A DNA stretch of 64,000 nt from an uncultured Gemmatimonadales bacterium (GCA_963783305.1 CAWAMW010000002.1:416001-480000); one strand, 5' to 3'. Shown: positions 18,695-28,296, counted from the first letter of the stretch. Made by a program: numbers and translations. The notes: generated by a model not told the origin, from the letters alone.

Positions 18695-19825
18695 TTACTC
18701 GCAGACCGCCGAGTTCGCCTGCATGTACTGCAGCGTGTTCTCCAGCATGGCCACCGTGAAATTCGGGTGGTGCACGCCATGGCTGCCGTCGTAGTGGAAC
18801 AGCTCGAAATTCACCATCGCCGCTGCGAACGGCTCCGGGTACGTACCGACGATCGGGTGACCCGTCTCGTCGAGCAGCCCCTCGGCCTGGAGACAGACCT
18901 CGAGCTCGTGCAGCAGGCCCTCGACCGTCGTGGCGATGCCATTCAGATCGAAGTCGGTGCCCGAAGCCGTCGAGTGACAGTCCTCACACACCCCGGCCGT
19001 GACATTGAAGCTGTGGCTGCCGGTCGTGGGCGAGACATTGTCCCAGTCCATGTGGCAGCCCGTGCAGGTGTACGTGTTCCCGTGCGTCATCTTGCCCGTC
19101 GGGATCGTACGGTCGCCGTCGAACATCATCTCGTCCGGGACCGCCGCCGCCAGCACGTTCCCCTGCGTCCCGTAGTGCGGGCCGAAGTGGGTGCTGGTGA
19201 CATTGAATGTAGCCTCCATCGACGCGCTCGCCGACGGCCATTCGCTGTCGCGGCCCTGGTGACAGGTGGCGCACAGGTTGCCCTGGTACGTCTCGCCGTC
19301 ACGGGTACCGTTGAAGTCCACCGTGGTGCCCGTGAGGCGGACCTCGACCGGGTCGGTGGTCATCAGCGCGTAATCGCCGATCTCGAAATCGCCGTCGCCA
19401 TCCACATCGCTATGAACGTTGTGACAGGTGCGGCAGTTCATCGTGGTGTAGCCATGCGTCCAGTCGGCTTCCATGTCCGTCGTGAACTCCACGAAGCCCT
19501 GGTGCGTATGGCACATCACGCACGAGCCGCCGGCGTAGTCCGGCCCGCGCAGCTCGTAGTTGCCCGGTCCATGGGCGGACTGATCGAACTGGAACTCGAC
19601 CGCGACAATGGTCGCGTCCGAGCTATGACAGTCCGAACAGGTGTTGAGGGCGTTCTGACCCGGCTCGCCCGGTGCTCCCGGTGCTCCAGGTGTGCCTGGC
19701 GCTCCCGGTGCGCCCGGCTCACCCTCCGGACCAGTCGGACCCTGCGGTCCCTCGGGGCCCTCACAGGCCACCATGGAAAACGCAAGGAACGTCGCCCCCA
19801 CTAGAAGGGGTAGCTTTTTGATCAT
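18695..19825 (-). CDS. Hexaheme c-type cytochrome lipoprotein with collagen-like N-terminal linker
   Basis: SMVAC lipobox; about 11 Gly-X-Y triplets (GPEGPQGPTGPEGEPGAPGAPGTPGAPGAPGEPG); six CXXCH motifs (CSDCH, CVMCH, CRTCH, CATCH, CTGCH, CEDCH); GGAGG RBS. Confidence 0.9.
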   Translation of the reverse strand: MIKKLPLLVGATFLAFSMVACEGPEGPQGPTGPEGEPGAPGAPGTPGAPGAPGEPGQNALNTCSDCHSSDATIVAVEFQFDQSAHGPGNYELRGPDYAGGSCVMCHTHQGFVEFTTDMEADWTHGYTTMNCRTCHNVHSDVDGDGDFEIGDYALMTTDPVEVRLTGTTVDFNGTRDGETYQGNLCATCHQGRDSEWPSASASMEATFNVTSTHFGPHYGTQGNVLAAAVPDEMMFDGDRTIPTGKMTHGNTYTCTGCHMDWDNVSPTTGSHSFNVTAGVCEDCHSTASGTDFDLNGIATTVEGLLHELEVCLQAEGLLDETGHPIVGTYPEPFAAAMVNFELFHYDGSHGVHHPNFTVAMLENTLQYMQANSAVCE

Positions 19826-20079
19826 GTGTGTCTCGCCTCCCTGACGGGTGCTTGAAATGAGGATGCTGCATCCTGCGCCCGTTTCCCATCGTGACCCGCT
19901 GCGCACGTCCTCCTGAACGTGTCAACCGTAAGGCGTTGGAGGCGTCCTCACCCCCTGCCGATGCCATGCGGCGAGTTCTCACGCCCTGGGTTCGGGACGT
20001 GCCACAACCTAGGATTCGCGCACCGGCGGCGCTATACGGGATCGATTGACTCTTTGGGTGGGGGATCGCCCTACAGCAC

Positions 20080-20760
20080 CTAAAACGCGCGCCAGCTCAG
20101 CCCCGCCGTCCAGCTCACGTCGTGCTGAGTGTCGTCCCAGTAGTCGCTCACCGCGTCCCGCGCCTGGAGGTCCAGCCGCAGCCGGCGCATGAGCGGGATC
20201 ACCGCCCCGCCCCCGACGTTCACCACCAGCGACGTGCCATCCTCCGGCGCCACCACCGCGTCGGGGGCACCCTCGAGGGCGCTGTTGTCGAACGCGTAGA
20301 TCTTCCCGCCGAGCCCGGCGGTGGCGTACGGTTGCACGCCGAGAGGGAGCCGGAGTCGGGTCGGAAAGGCCACGTCCAGGCTGACGATAGTGATGTCGGT
20401 GGGCACCCACCAGTACCGGCGCACCACGTTGGGCGGCGTGAACGGGCCGGAGTTCAGGATGGCGAAGGCGAGGTAGGTGTCGGTGTCGAGGGTGCGGAGC
20501 ACGGTGCCGCGGATCCAGACCCCGGTATCGCCCACCTCCAGCTCGGCTGTCAGCCCCACCACGCTGGTCCGGAGCACCGCCGCCTCCGTCCACTCCATCG
20601 GCCCCTCGCCCAGCTGGGTGACCTCGTAGTAGAACCAGTCGGCGGGCGTCAGCACCCCCGCCTGCGGCGTGAGCCGAAGCTTCAGGTCGACCTGCCCGGC
20701 GCCGGCGGAGGGAAACAGCAGTAGAGCGGCCAGGGCCGCCGTCGCGATCCGTGGTGTCAT
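20080..20760 (-). CDS. Small outer-membrane beta-barrel protein
   Basis: Signal peptide MTPRIATAALAALLLFPSAGAG; amphipathic strands (QPYATAGLGG, VNVGGG, LRLDLQARD); terminal AGLSWRAF. Confidence 0.7.
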   Translation of the reverse strand: MTPRIATAALAALLLFPSAGAGQVDLKLRLTPQAGVLTPADWFYYEVTQLGEGPMEWTEAAVLRTSVVGLTAELEVGDTGVWIRGTVLRTLDTDTYLAFAILNSGPFTPPNVVRRYWWVPTDITIVSLDVAFPTRLRLPLGVQPYATAGLGGKIYAFDNSALEGAPDAVVAPEDGTSLVVNVGGGAVIPLMRRLRLDLQARDAVSDYWDDTQHDVSWTAGLSWRAF

Positions 20761-20881
20761 TGTCGTGCGCGGCTCGGGTGTCTGAACGTTCTGCTCGGTT
20801 CGTGTTCCGGGAAGGTATCCGAACGCCGCGCCGTTGGGAATCGGGGTTTTCCCCACTTCGTGAAGGGTACATCTTGGTACC

Positions 20882-21403
20882 ATGAGACCCTCACCCGACC
20901 CCATCGCCCTCGCCTCGCTCGAATCGCCGCTCGGCACACTGCTGGCCGGCGCCACTCCCAGCGCCCTGGTCCTTCTGGTCTTCGAGCGGCCCGAGGAGGG
21001 CGAGCGCCAGCTGGCGGAGCTCACCCGCATGGCGGGATGTCCCACCGTACCGGGGGAGAACGCGGTAACCCGTCGAGTGGGCGCGGAGCTCACGGAGTAC
21101 TTCAACGGCGAGCGGCGCGACTTCACGGTCCCGCTTCAGCTGCGTGGCACCCCGTTCCAGGCGGCTGTCTGGGAATCGCTGCGACGGATCCCGTACGGGG
21201 AGACCTGGAGCTACGGTCAGCAGGCGCGGAGCATCGGGCGGCCACGGGCGGTCCGAGCGGTGGCGCAGGCGAACGGCGCGAACCGCATCAGCCTCATCGT
21301 GCCCTGCCACCGCGTCATCGGCGCGGATGGAAGTCTGACGGGCTACGGCGCGGGCGTCTGGCGGAAGGAGAAGCTGCTGGAGCTGGAGCGGGGCGTCGCC
21401 TGA
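20882..21403 (+). CDS. ogt: Methylated-DNA--protein-cysteine methyltransferase
   Basis: GTPFQAAVW..LRRIPYGET.SYG, VRAVAQANGAN, active-site PCHRV. Confidence 0.93.
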   Translation: MRPSPDPIALASLESPLGTLLAGATPSALVLLVFERPEEGERQLAELTRMAGCPTVPGENAVTRRVGAELTEYFNGERRDFTVPLQLRGTPFQAAVWESLRRIPYGETWSYGQQARSIGRPRAVRAVAQANGANRISLIVPCHRVIGADGSLTGYGAGVWRKEKLLELERGVA

Positions 21404-21406
21404 ACG

Positions 21407-22885
21407 CTACTCGCCCTCGGCGACCGAGCCCACCATCCTCCGACTGCTCCCGTTCTCGATCCCGGAGAGGAGGTAGTCGATCACCTCGTCGGCGGTGTAG
21501 TGGGTGCGGCCCTCCGTGAAGCGCTGGATCCGCTCGAGGTCGTCGCCACTGGTGACGATGGGTCGCTCCGGACCGTCCTTCCGCATCTGCGGGTGCCCCA
21601 CATCCGCCATGAGCGCGTTGCACAGACACTTCCGACCCACCGTGTCCTCTTCCCTGCCGCCCTTCTTCGTGAACGTCTTCACCGGCTCGGCCGCGCAGCG
21701 ATAGTCCACCCGGCCATCATCGCGCTTGTACGCCGTCCGCAGGTACCCCAGGTCGCACACTCTCTTGCGCCTCTCGTACTGCTCGGGGCTCGCGTTCGTG
21801 CCCTGGATCTGGACTACCTTGAACGGGAACCCGGTGGGTGACGCCCGCAGGTCGGTCTTCACGTCGATCTCACCCGCGTGCACCTGCTCCAGCACCGTCT
21901 TCTTCACCCCGTCCTCGATCCCGCTCTCGTCCGCGTACGCGAACAACGTCCCGACCTGGACGCCGGCCGCACCCGCCGCGAGCGCCTCCTCCAGGTGCTC
22001 GGGCGACCCCGTGCCGCCGGCGAGCCAGAACGGGAGCCCGATCTCAGCCATGGCCGCCGGGTCCACCAGGTCCCGCTCGCCGTACACCGGCTCGCCCCGC
22101 TCGTCTACCTGCAGCTGCCCCCGGGGCGGCGCGTTGTGCCCGCCCGCCGTGGGCCCCTCCACTACGAAGCCGTCCACCCGTCCCGTTGCCTTCCGCACCA
22201 GCATGGACGCCAGCACGTGCGAGGACACGATGGGCAGGAAGCGCGGCCGCTTCAGCTCCGGCGGTGTGTCGAAGTGATCCCCCGGATCGAACGTCAGGTG
22301 CTCCGACTCACCCTTCCCGAGTCCCTCCACCGAGAGCTTCATCTGCGCCTGCCGACCTTCCGCGAACGCGTCCAGGGCGCCCGGAATCTCGCGAGGGATC
22401 CCGGCTCCCATCAGCACGTAGTCGACGCCGGCCATCATGGCACCATAGAGCGTGGCGAGGTTGGGCATCTCGACCTTGGTCAGCAGGTTGATCCCCACCG
22501 GCCCGTCGTGCCCTTCCTTCGCCAGGTAGACCTCTGCGAAGCTGGCGAGCATGGTGATCTGCTCCCGCGCCTTCGAGACGGTCTGTCGCCACATCGAGAG
22601 GAGCTTGTAGGAGGCGCCCTCCTCGAGGCCGTCGGGCAGGAAATACTCCCTCAGCGCCTCCGCGCTCACCTCCGGCATCGGGAACGCCTCCATGGCCCGG
22701 CGCATGTGCCCACCCGGATCGCCATCCTGGAGCCGGCGAACGAAGAGCGAATCGATGCATGTGCCCGAGACCACGCCCATCTGACCGCGTAGAGCGACCG
22801 CGCGCGCCAACACCCAGTTGGAGACGCCGATGCCCATGCCCCCCTGAATGATCGGAGGGTAGGAGTACGCAGCCGTTGCTGTCAT
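21407..22885 (-). CDS. Nitronate monooxygenase / FMN-dependent oxidoreductase family protein
   Basis: IIQGGMGIGVS, VLMGAGIP, VEGPTAGGHNAPPRG, GAAGVQVGTLF; start MTATAA at 22885. Confidence 0.85.
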   Translation of the reverse strand: MTATAAYSYPPIIQGGMGIGVSNWVLARAVALRGQMGVVSGTCIDSLFVRRLQDGDPGGHMRRAMEAFPMPEVSAEALREYFLPDGLEEGASYKLLSMWRQTVSKAREQITMLASFAEVYLAKEGHDGPVGINLLTKVEMPNLATLYGAMMAGVDYVLMGAGIPREIPGALDAFAEGRQAQMKLSVEGLGKGESEHLTFDPGDHFDTPPELKRPRFLPIVSSHVLASMLVRKATGRVDGFVVEGPTAGGHNAPPRGQLQVDERGEPVYGERDLVDPAAMAEIGLPFWLAGGTGSPEHLEEALAAGAAGVQVGTLFAYADESGIEDGVKKTVLEQVHAGEIDVKTDLRASPTGFPFKVVQIQGTNASPEQYERRKRVCDLGYLRTAYKRDDGRVDYRCAAEPVKTFTKKGGREEDTVGRKCLCNALMADVGHPQMRKDGPERPIVTSGDDLERIQRFTEGRTHYTADEVIDYLLSGIENGSSRRMVGSVAEGE

Positions 22886-23114
22886 GATTCCGAGGGTAGG
22901 GGGATTGTAACGCGGTACTGTCCAGTGCTTTCGCACCTCAACCATAACCGCCGTCCACTGGCCCGGCAACGGAGATAACCTGCCAGACCCGTGCCTGTTC
23001 CACCGGATGAGCGTGCAGACGCGCGCGCCGAACGGGGAAAGGGCCGGCGAGCGGCTGGCTCGTCGGCCCTCTCGAGTTCTGGAAGCGGCCGGACCAGCGC
23101 CGCTCGGACGTTGC

Positions 23115-23594
23115 TCAGCCGCCGGTGGTCGTCGGCATGGCAGCGCTGTCGCCCATCGGCATCGTCGGGTGTCCCTGGGGCATGCCCGGCGCACGCGCGG
23201 TGCTGTCTGTGGCCGCCTCGTGCATCCGGCCGAGCCCCGGCGAGAGCTCCTCGGAACGTGCCAGCGCCTCGGCGGCCGCCTCCTCGTTGCCCATGGCACG
23301 CTCCGCCATGGACAGACCGAACCAGGCCACCCCCAGCTCCGGCTGCTCTTCCGTGATGGACCGGAAGATGTCCGCGGCCTCCTGGTAATCGCCCGCCGCA
23401 TAGGCGGTGTTCGCGTCATCCACGCGCGCCGTCAGCTCCGGCGACCAGTTCGCCCGCGCGTCGGCCCGCTCCTGCTGCTGCGGCGCGCCCAGCTCCACGC
23501 GCTCCCCCTCTTCTCCACCGCACGCCACCACGCCCGCCAGCGCCACGGTCCAGACCAAGCTCGAAAATTTCACGCTACGACTCCTCATTTCCAT
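23115..23594 (-). CDS. TPR-repeat lipoprotein downstream of the cytochrome operon
   Basis: VVAC lipobox; ANTAYAAGDYQEAADIF and AWFGLSMAERAMGNEEAA TPR-like helices; C-terminal MPQGHP. Confidence 0.7.
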   Translation of the reverse strand: MEMRSRSVKFSSLVWTVALAGVVACGGEEGERVELGAPQQQERADARANWSPELTARVDDANTAYAAGDYQEAADIFRSITEEQPELGVAWFGLSMAERAMGNEEAAAEALARSEELSPGLGRMHEAATDSTARAPGMPQGHPTMPMGDSAAMPTTTGG

Positions 23595-23607
23595 GATATG
23601 AACCCGA

Positions 23608-25059
23608 TCAGCCGATCGGATCCGTAATGTGACAGGCGAAACATATCGCCGGGTTCCGCTCCTGCGCACGCCTCGGGTCGAACCCTTCACCGTGGGGGCT
23701 CACCTTGAACGCGCCCACGGTGGAGTGGCACTGGAGGCAGTCCGTCTGCTGATGGCAGCTGGCGCAGCTTTCGAGCGCCTGCCGCGCCGGGCGGCCATGC
23801 CGGAGCAGCCAGTTCGGCTCCGCGTCGTGGTAGCCCTGACCGAGGGCGCCCACGGTCTCGAAGCCCGCCTCCTGGTGGCACTCCCGGCAGAACGCCGCCG
23901 TGTCGTGGCAGCTGCTGCACTCCAGCTGTCGGCCGTACGCCTCCGCCGAGTGCCGTGCCATGAAGTTCGGCGGGTGGAAGACCGGTCCGGCCAGCGCCCT
24001 CGGCATCACCGCCTGCACCGATGAGGCCTCGTGACAGTCGCTGCACTCGTTGCGAACGTGGCACGAGGTACACGACGACGCGTCCGCCGCGGCCAGCGCG
24101 CCGTGCTCGGTCGTGAAGGACGGGGTCGTATGCGACGGGGGCAGGCGCGGCTCCAGGAGCACGCCCGGCGCCCGCACACGTGATGCGTCCGGCAGTCGTG
24201 CGGCCACGTCCGGCAGCCGAACGGAGTGGCAGGCCGCGCAGTCGTTCTGCGTGTGGCAGGTGGAGCAGCTCTGCACGCTGGCCATGTCGCCGTGGACCTC
24301 GAGGAAGTCCGGGGCCTGGTGGCTGGGCGGGAGGAAGTAGTGTGCGGCATAGCGCGGCAGCTCCAGCGACTCGGGCGCCCGGGGTATGCGCGCGATCTCC
24401 GGCACCACTTCCGCGTTCACGTGGCAGCTCGTGCACCGCTCCTGCGTGTGGCAGGTGGAGCACCGGGCCGGCTCCGTCGCCGCCAGCCGGCCGTGCGTCT
24501 CCCGGAGGAACTCGCCGGTGGCGTGGTCGGCCGGGTAGGGCAGCGAGGCGAGCCAGGGGCTGCCCATCTCCGTCTCCGCGGCGGGACCGTGACATACGGC
24601 GCAGGGCGCGTCCACCAGGTGATCCTCCGCCGGGTGCCCGTGACAGGAAAGGCACTGCGGCAGCACCAGCTCACCCCGCACCTGCATCCGCCCGGCACCC
24701 TCGGGGATGTGGCACGCCTCGCACTCCAGCGCCCCTTCGCCGGCCCGCTGTGCGGCGGCCATGTGCGCCGGGTGCGTGAACCGCATCGGCTCCGGCTCGT
24801 CCACCGCAGGGGGCGTCCAGTCAACGCTGTCCATGTCCACGCCGTCGTGGCAGCCGGCACACAGCTGCGGCTCAGGGTAGAAGGCCGCGAGGTTCCCCTC
24901 GGGGACGCCCTCGTGACAGCCCACGCAGAAGGGGAACAGCCCCGCGTGCTCCGAATGCGGGAAAGCCTCCTCCTGTCCGCCCCGCGCGCTCATGGCGAGG
25001 ACGAGGACGGCCAGCGCGGCGGCCGCCACCACGCCCAGGCCCAGCGCCAGACGCTTCAT
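23608..25059 (-). CDS. 16-heme c-type cytochrome (exported)
   Basis: N-terminal signal/anchor and sixteen CXXCH motifs counted in the translation; ATGA overlap with the upstream beta-barrel gene. Confidence 0.92.
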   Translation of the reverse strand: MKRLALGLGVVAAAALAVLVLAMSARGGQEEAFPHSEHAGLFPFCVGCHEGVPEGNLAAFYPEPQLCAGCHDGVDMDSVDWTPPAVDEPEPMRFTHPAHMAAAQRAGEGALECEACHIPEGAGRMQVRGELVLPQCLSCHGHPAEDHLVDAPCAVCHGPAAETEMGSPWLASLPYPADHATGEFLRETHGRLAATEPARCSTCHTQERCTSCHVNAEVVPEIARIPRAPESLELPRYAAHYFLPPSHQAPDFLEVHGDMASVQSCSTCHTQNDCAACHSVRLPDVAARLPDASRVRAPGVLLEPRLPPSHTTPSFTTEHGALAAADASSCTSCHVRNECSDCHEASSVQAVMPRALAGPVFHPPNFMARHSAEAYGRQLECSSCHDTAAFCRECHQEAGFETVGALGQGYHDAEPNWLLRHGRPARQALESCASCHQQTDCLQCHSTVGAFKVSPHGEGFDPRRAQERNPAICFACHITDPIG

Positions 25060-26561
25060 GGGCGCCCCCTCAGACCGGGATCGGCGCCGAAAGGGACCGA
25101 GAGGATCGTGTACATGCGGACCTGGTTCCAGTCCGCCTGTCCCGGTCGATTCTCGGACGCCTGGTGGTACAGGTCCGCGCCCGCATTCAGCCGCGCCCGC
25201 CACGGCAGCTCGGCCGTGCCTCCCACACCCATCCCCAACACCATGTTCTCTCCCACCCGGAACTGCTCGATCTGCTGGAATGCGCTCGCCCGCGCCATGA
25301 GCGACCACTCCGCCGTCGGTGCCCAGCGCACGTTCACGTCACCGGAGCTCAGGAACGCGCCGAAGCCCGTCTCGAGCCGGTACTCCCCCGTGGCCAGCCA
25401 CGGGCCGTCGGACCACCGGGCCCCGATACCGTACCGCTCCGAACGGTCCGTGATGGGCGGCCCGATCACGTTGATCTCCGGGTCGCCGTACTCCCGCCAT
25501 CCGGCCGAGGCCCACATGGTAAGCGGCGCGTACCGGGCCACCTTCACCTCCACCTCCGCCTCGTCGTAGGGCGTCGGTGAGAAGAATCCCCAGATCGTCG
25601 ACAGCTCGAAGTAGGGGAGGTAGCGACGGCCCGTCAGCTCGACCCATCCCCACTCGCCCGGCAGGCGGGACTGCAGCGTGAGGTGCGCCTTCCCGACCCG
25701 ATCGAAGGCCCAGTCGTAATCGAGGGAGCCGTCCATGCGAAGCGATCCCGGAAGCTCGGAGCGGACGTCCAGCGACGCCCGCTCGGAGATCAGGCCATCG
25801 TGGTCCGCCCAGATCTCGCGTTGATAGCGCGCCCCCACCGAGGTGCCGCGCCGCGGCGACAGCTCCACGAACGCGCCCACCAGCTGCGCATCCTGGTCCA
25901 GCACGAAGCTTTCGATCCCCTGGAGCGCCTCGTGACGCGGCTCACTGAGCCCGCGCGCCAGGCTCCGGCCGCCGTACGCCTCCACTCGCACCCAGTGTAC
26001 CGGGTCCAGTGCCAGCTCGACGCCGTCGAACCCGGAGAAGCCGAGTCCGGAGGCCGTGCGCTGCCGCCCCACCCGGACGCGGACGAAGTCGCGCTGGAGC
26101 TGCGCGTAGGCGAGGATCGCATCGAAATCGTCGTCGCTGCCGGGCCAGACCAGCTCACCGCCGCTCAGGTCCGCCCGGGCGCGCAGAAGGACGGTGGCGC
26201 TCAGCCCCCGCAACCCGAGGCCCCATGCCGTGGCGGAAAGGTCCTGCGTGGCCACCACCCCGTGAGCAACGTCCGCGGATCGGTAACGCACACAGTCGCC
26301 GCCGCCGGGGAGGCAGTACACGGGATCGCCGTCGAAGCTGGTGGCGCCATCCTCGCCGAACAGAACATCGGCAAGCGCCACGGTGTCCAGCCCGATGGGC
26401 CGCAGGGTGAGGTATCGCACGTTCGTCACGGCCGTGCCCCGCACCCCCTGCGCGTGGAGCGCAGTCGGCAGTGCGGCGGCCAGTCCGAGCCACAGGGCCA
26501 GGAGCGGCACTGCGCCAGCTCCCGGGACCTTCCACGATTGGGTTCGCATCACGCTGTGCAT
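25056..26561 (-). CDS. Putative large outer-membrane beta-barrel (porin-like) protein
   Basis: Signal peptide ending LHA; VRVGRQ..SGLGFSGFDG; long run of amphipathic beta-strands; last strand ILSVPFG; sits between two multiheme cytochrome genes. Confidence 0.7.
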   Translation of the reverse strand: MHSVMRTQSWKVPGAGAVPLLALWLGLAAALPTALHAQGVRGTAVTNVRYLTLRPIGLDTVALADVLFGEDGATSFDGDPVYCLPGGGDCVRYRSADVAHGVVATQDLSATAWGLGLRGLSATVLLRARADLSGGELVWPGSDDDFDAILAYAQLQRDFVRVRVGRQRTASGLGFSGFDGVELALDPVHWVRVEAYGGRSLARGLSEPRHEALQGIESFVLDQDAQLVGAFVELSPRRGTSVGARYQREIWADHDGLISERASLDVRSELPGSLRMDGSLDYDWAFDRVGKAHLTLQSRLPGEWGWVELTGRRYLPYFELSTIWGFFSPTPYDEAEVEVKVARYAPLTMWASAGWREYGDPEINVIGPPITDRSERYGIGARWSDGPWLATGEYRLETGFGAFLSSGDVNVRWAPTAEWSLMARASAFQQIEQFRVGENMVLGMGVGGTAELPWRARLNAGADLYHQASENRPGQADWNQVRMYTILSVPFGADPGLRGRP

Positions 26562-26569
26562 CCCCCGGG

Positions 26570-28072
26570 CTAACGTGCCGCGGACCGAGCGGAAGCCCCG
26601 CCGTAGCGGGCTCGCATGGCGTCAATGCTCTCCTGCAGCAGCGCGCGGATCAGCGCCGGGTTGTGCGTGGCCGTCCCCGCCAGCGCCCGCTGGAGCGCCT
26701 CCGTGCTCGACGGGAACCCGTCCGGGTGCACCGCCAGCGACAGGTTGAACAACGCACCCTCCGCCACGGTGAAGATCCGGTCGTCATTGTCGATCTCGCC
26801 GCCATCGCCGGTGAGGTTGGGATCGGCGGCCAGCAGCAGCCCCCGGAGCTCGCGGACCAGCGCCACCAGCTCCAGCGTGGTCGCACGCAGCTTCTCAGCC
26901 GCCTCCTCCTCGCTGGCGTGGCACTCCGCGCACCCCTTGAAGCTGCGGGCCTCCACCGTAAGCGCGCACTCGTCGGCGCCCGACGGCAACCCGTTCGCCC
27001 CCACGCACGGGGCCGCCCGGAAGCCGTGCCCCGCCGTGTGGAACTCCGTGCCGGTCAACGTGTCCTCAACCGTGTACGGCACCACGTGGCAGCTGCCGCA
27101 CATCCGCGCATTGGACGCGCCGCCGTGCGGACCCTCCACCTCACCCGGCTCCAGCGGTGCGGCGGGCGGGAACCACCCGGCCGTACCTGCCAGCAGCCCC
27201 GTCTCCGGCGAGTGCGGGCCCAACCACTCCTGGACTCCCTGTGTGTCCGGGTTGGCGTGTCGGTCGTGGCACTGCGCGCACAGCGTCTGCTCCACGGCCA
27301 CACCTCCCAGCGGGAAGCGCAACTGGCCCTCGTTGCGCGCGCTGTGCGGGTCGTGGCAGACGGCGCAGGTAATCTGGGCGTCGTGGGAGGCGCTCGACAG
27401 CAGCTCCTGCTTGCCCAGGTAGTCCGCGGTCACGCCCAGCCGCAGCAGCGCGCCCTCGCCCGTGTGGCAGCTCGCGCACTCCGGCGCCCGGATCGCAGGC
27501 GGAAGGGTGACCTCCGCGTGGGGTGAGCTCTCCCACTCCTCCACGAACGGGTGATGCGCGCCCTGGTGGCACTCGCCACACCCGAAGGACAGGTCTATGC
27601 CCACGTCCACCGGCGCCAGCGGCACGTTGCCCGGGCCGGGCGCCATGACGTGCTCCAGCCCCGGACCGTGGCAGCTCTCGCACTGCACGTCCAGGTAACG
27701 GCCGTCCTCCGTGGTCACCGCGGCATGGCCGCCCTGGACCTCACCATCCTCCTCCGCCACGATATTGCCCAGGGAGTTGACCGTGTGGCACGCCTCGCAG
27801 AACTCACGCGCGCCGCCGCTCGCCTGCAGACCCTCCCACGCAGACGCGTGCGCCGTCTGCTGCCACTGCGCCTGGTAGTCGCCATGGCAGGCGCCGCAGA
27901 CCGTCAGCTTGTCATCGCTCGGCGGATCCAGGTAGCCGACGAAGCCGCCCGCGTCCCCGATCGCTCCGCTGAAGATCGGACGATCGTCGTAGACCACACC
28001 CTCGTCGACGCACGAACCCAGCGCCAGCGCTCCCGCGACGACCAGAAGGACTTCGGCCGCACGCTTGCCCAT
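26570..28072 (-). CDS. Nonaheme c-type cytochrome lipoprotein
   Basis: LALGSC lipobox; nine CXXCH motifs (CGACH, CEACH, CESCH, CGECH, CASCH, CAVCH, CAQCH, CGSCH, CAECH); c554-like W..TAHASA and CESCHGPG segments. Start 28072 or 28081. Confidence 0.9.
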   Translation of the reverse strand: MGKRAAEVLLVVAGALALGSCVDEGVVYDDRPIFSGAIGDAGGFVGYLDPPSDDKLTVCGACHGDYQAQWQQTAHASAWEGLQASGGAREFCEACHTVNSLGNIVAEEDGEVQGGHAAVTTEDGRYLDVQCESCHGPGLEHVMAPGPGNVPLAPVDVGIDLSFGCGECHQGAHHPFVEEWESSPHAEVTLPPAIRAPECASCHTGEGALLRLGVTADYLGKQELLSSASHDAQITCAVCHDPHSARNEGQLRFPLGGVAVEQTLCAQCHDRHANPDTQGVQEWLGPHSPETGLLAGTAGWFPPAAPLEPGEVEGPHGGASNARMCGSCHVVPYTVEDTLTGTEFHTAGHGFRAAPCVGANGLPSGADECALTVEARSFKGCAECHASEEEAAEKLRATTLELVALVRELRGLLLAADPNLTGDGGEIDNDDRIFTVAEGALFNLSLAVHPDGFPSSTEALQRALAGTATHNPALIRALLQESIDAMRARYGGASARSAAR

Positions 28073-28296
28073 CGTTCTCATTCCGCCCCCGTTCGACATC
28101 TGGCTGAAGGCTCCGGCATGGCTCGCAGCGCCCCCGTTTTCAGCATCCGAAAGAGGCGCCCGGGCTCGTTGGAAGTCAAGTCGGGCCGATCCCTGAATCG
28201 GCGTCCGGGTTTTCCCCACGGTGCTGCGCCGCCACCAAAGCACCCGGGCGTCCCGGCAACTGGACCGCCCACCCCCGCGCAGGGTAGGATCTTTCC

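Noticed and set aside
19897..19925. Sigma70 promoter or FNR box upstream of the hexaheme cytochrome
   Set aside because: Minus-strand TTGACA is present, but there is no -10 at proper spacing and no matching FNR half-site.
23608..28072. Naming the cluster mtrCAB, nrfA or hao
   Set aside because: Heme counts (16 and 9) and spacing do not fit decaheme MtrA/MtrC, no CXXCK motif of NrfA is present, and I cannot support orthology without searches.
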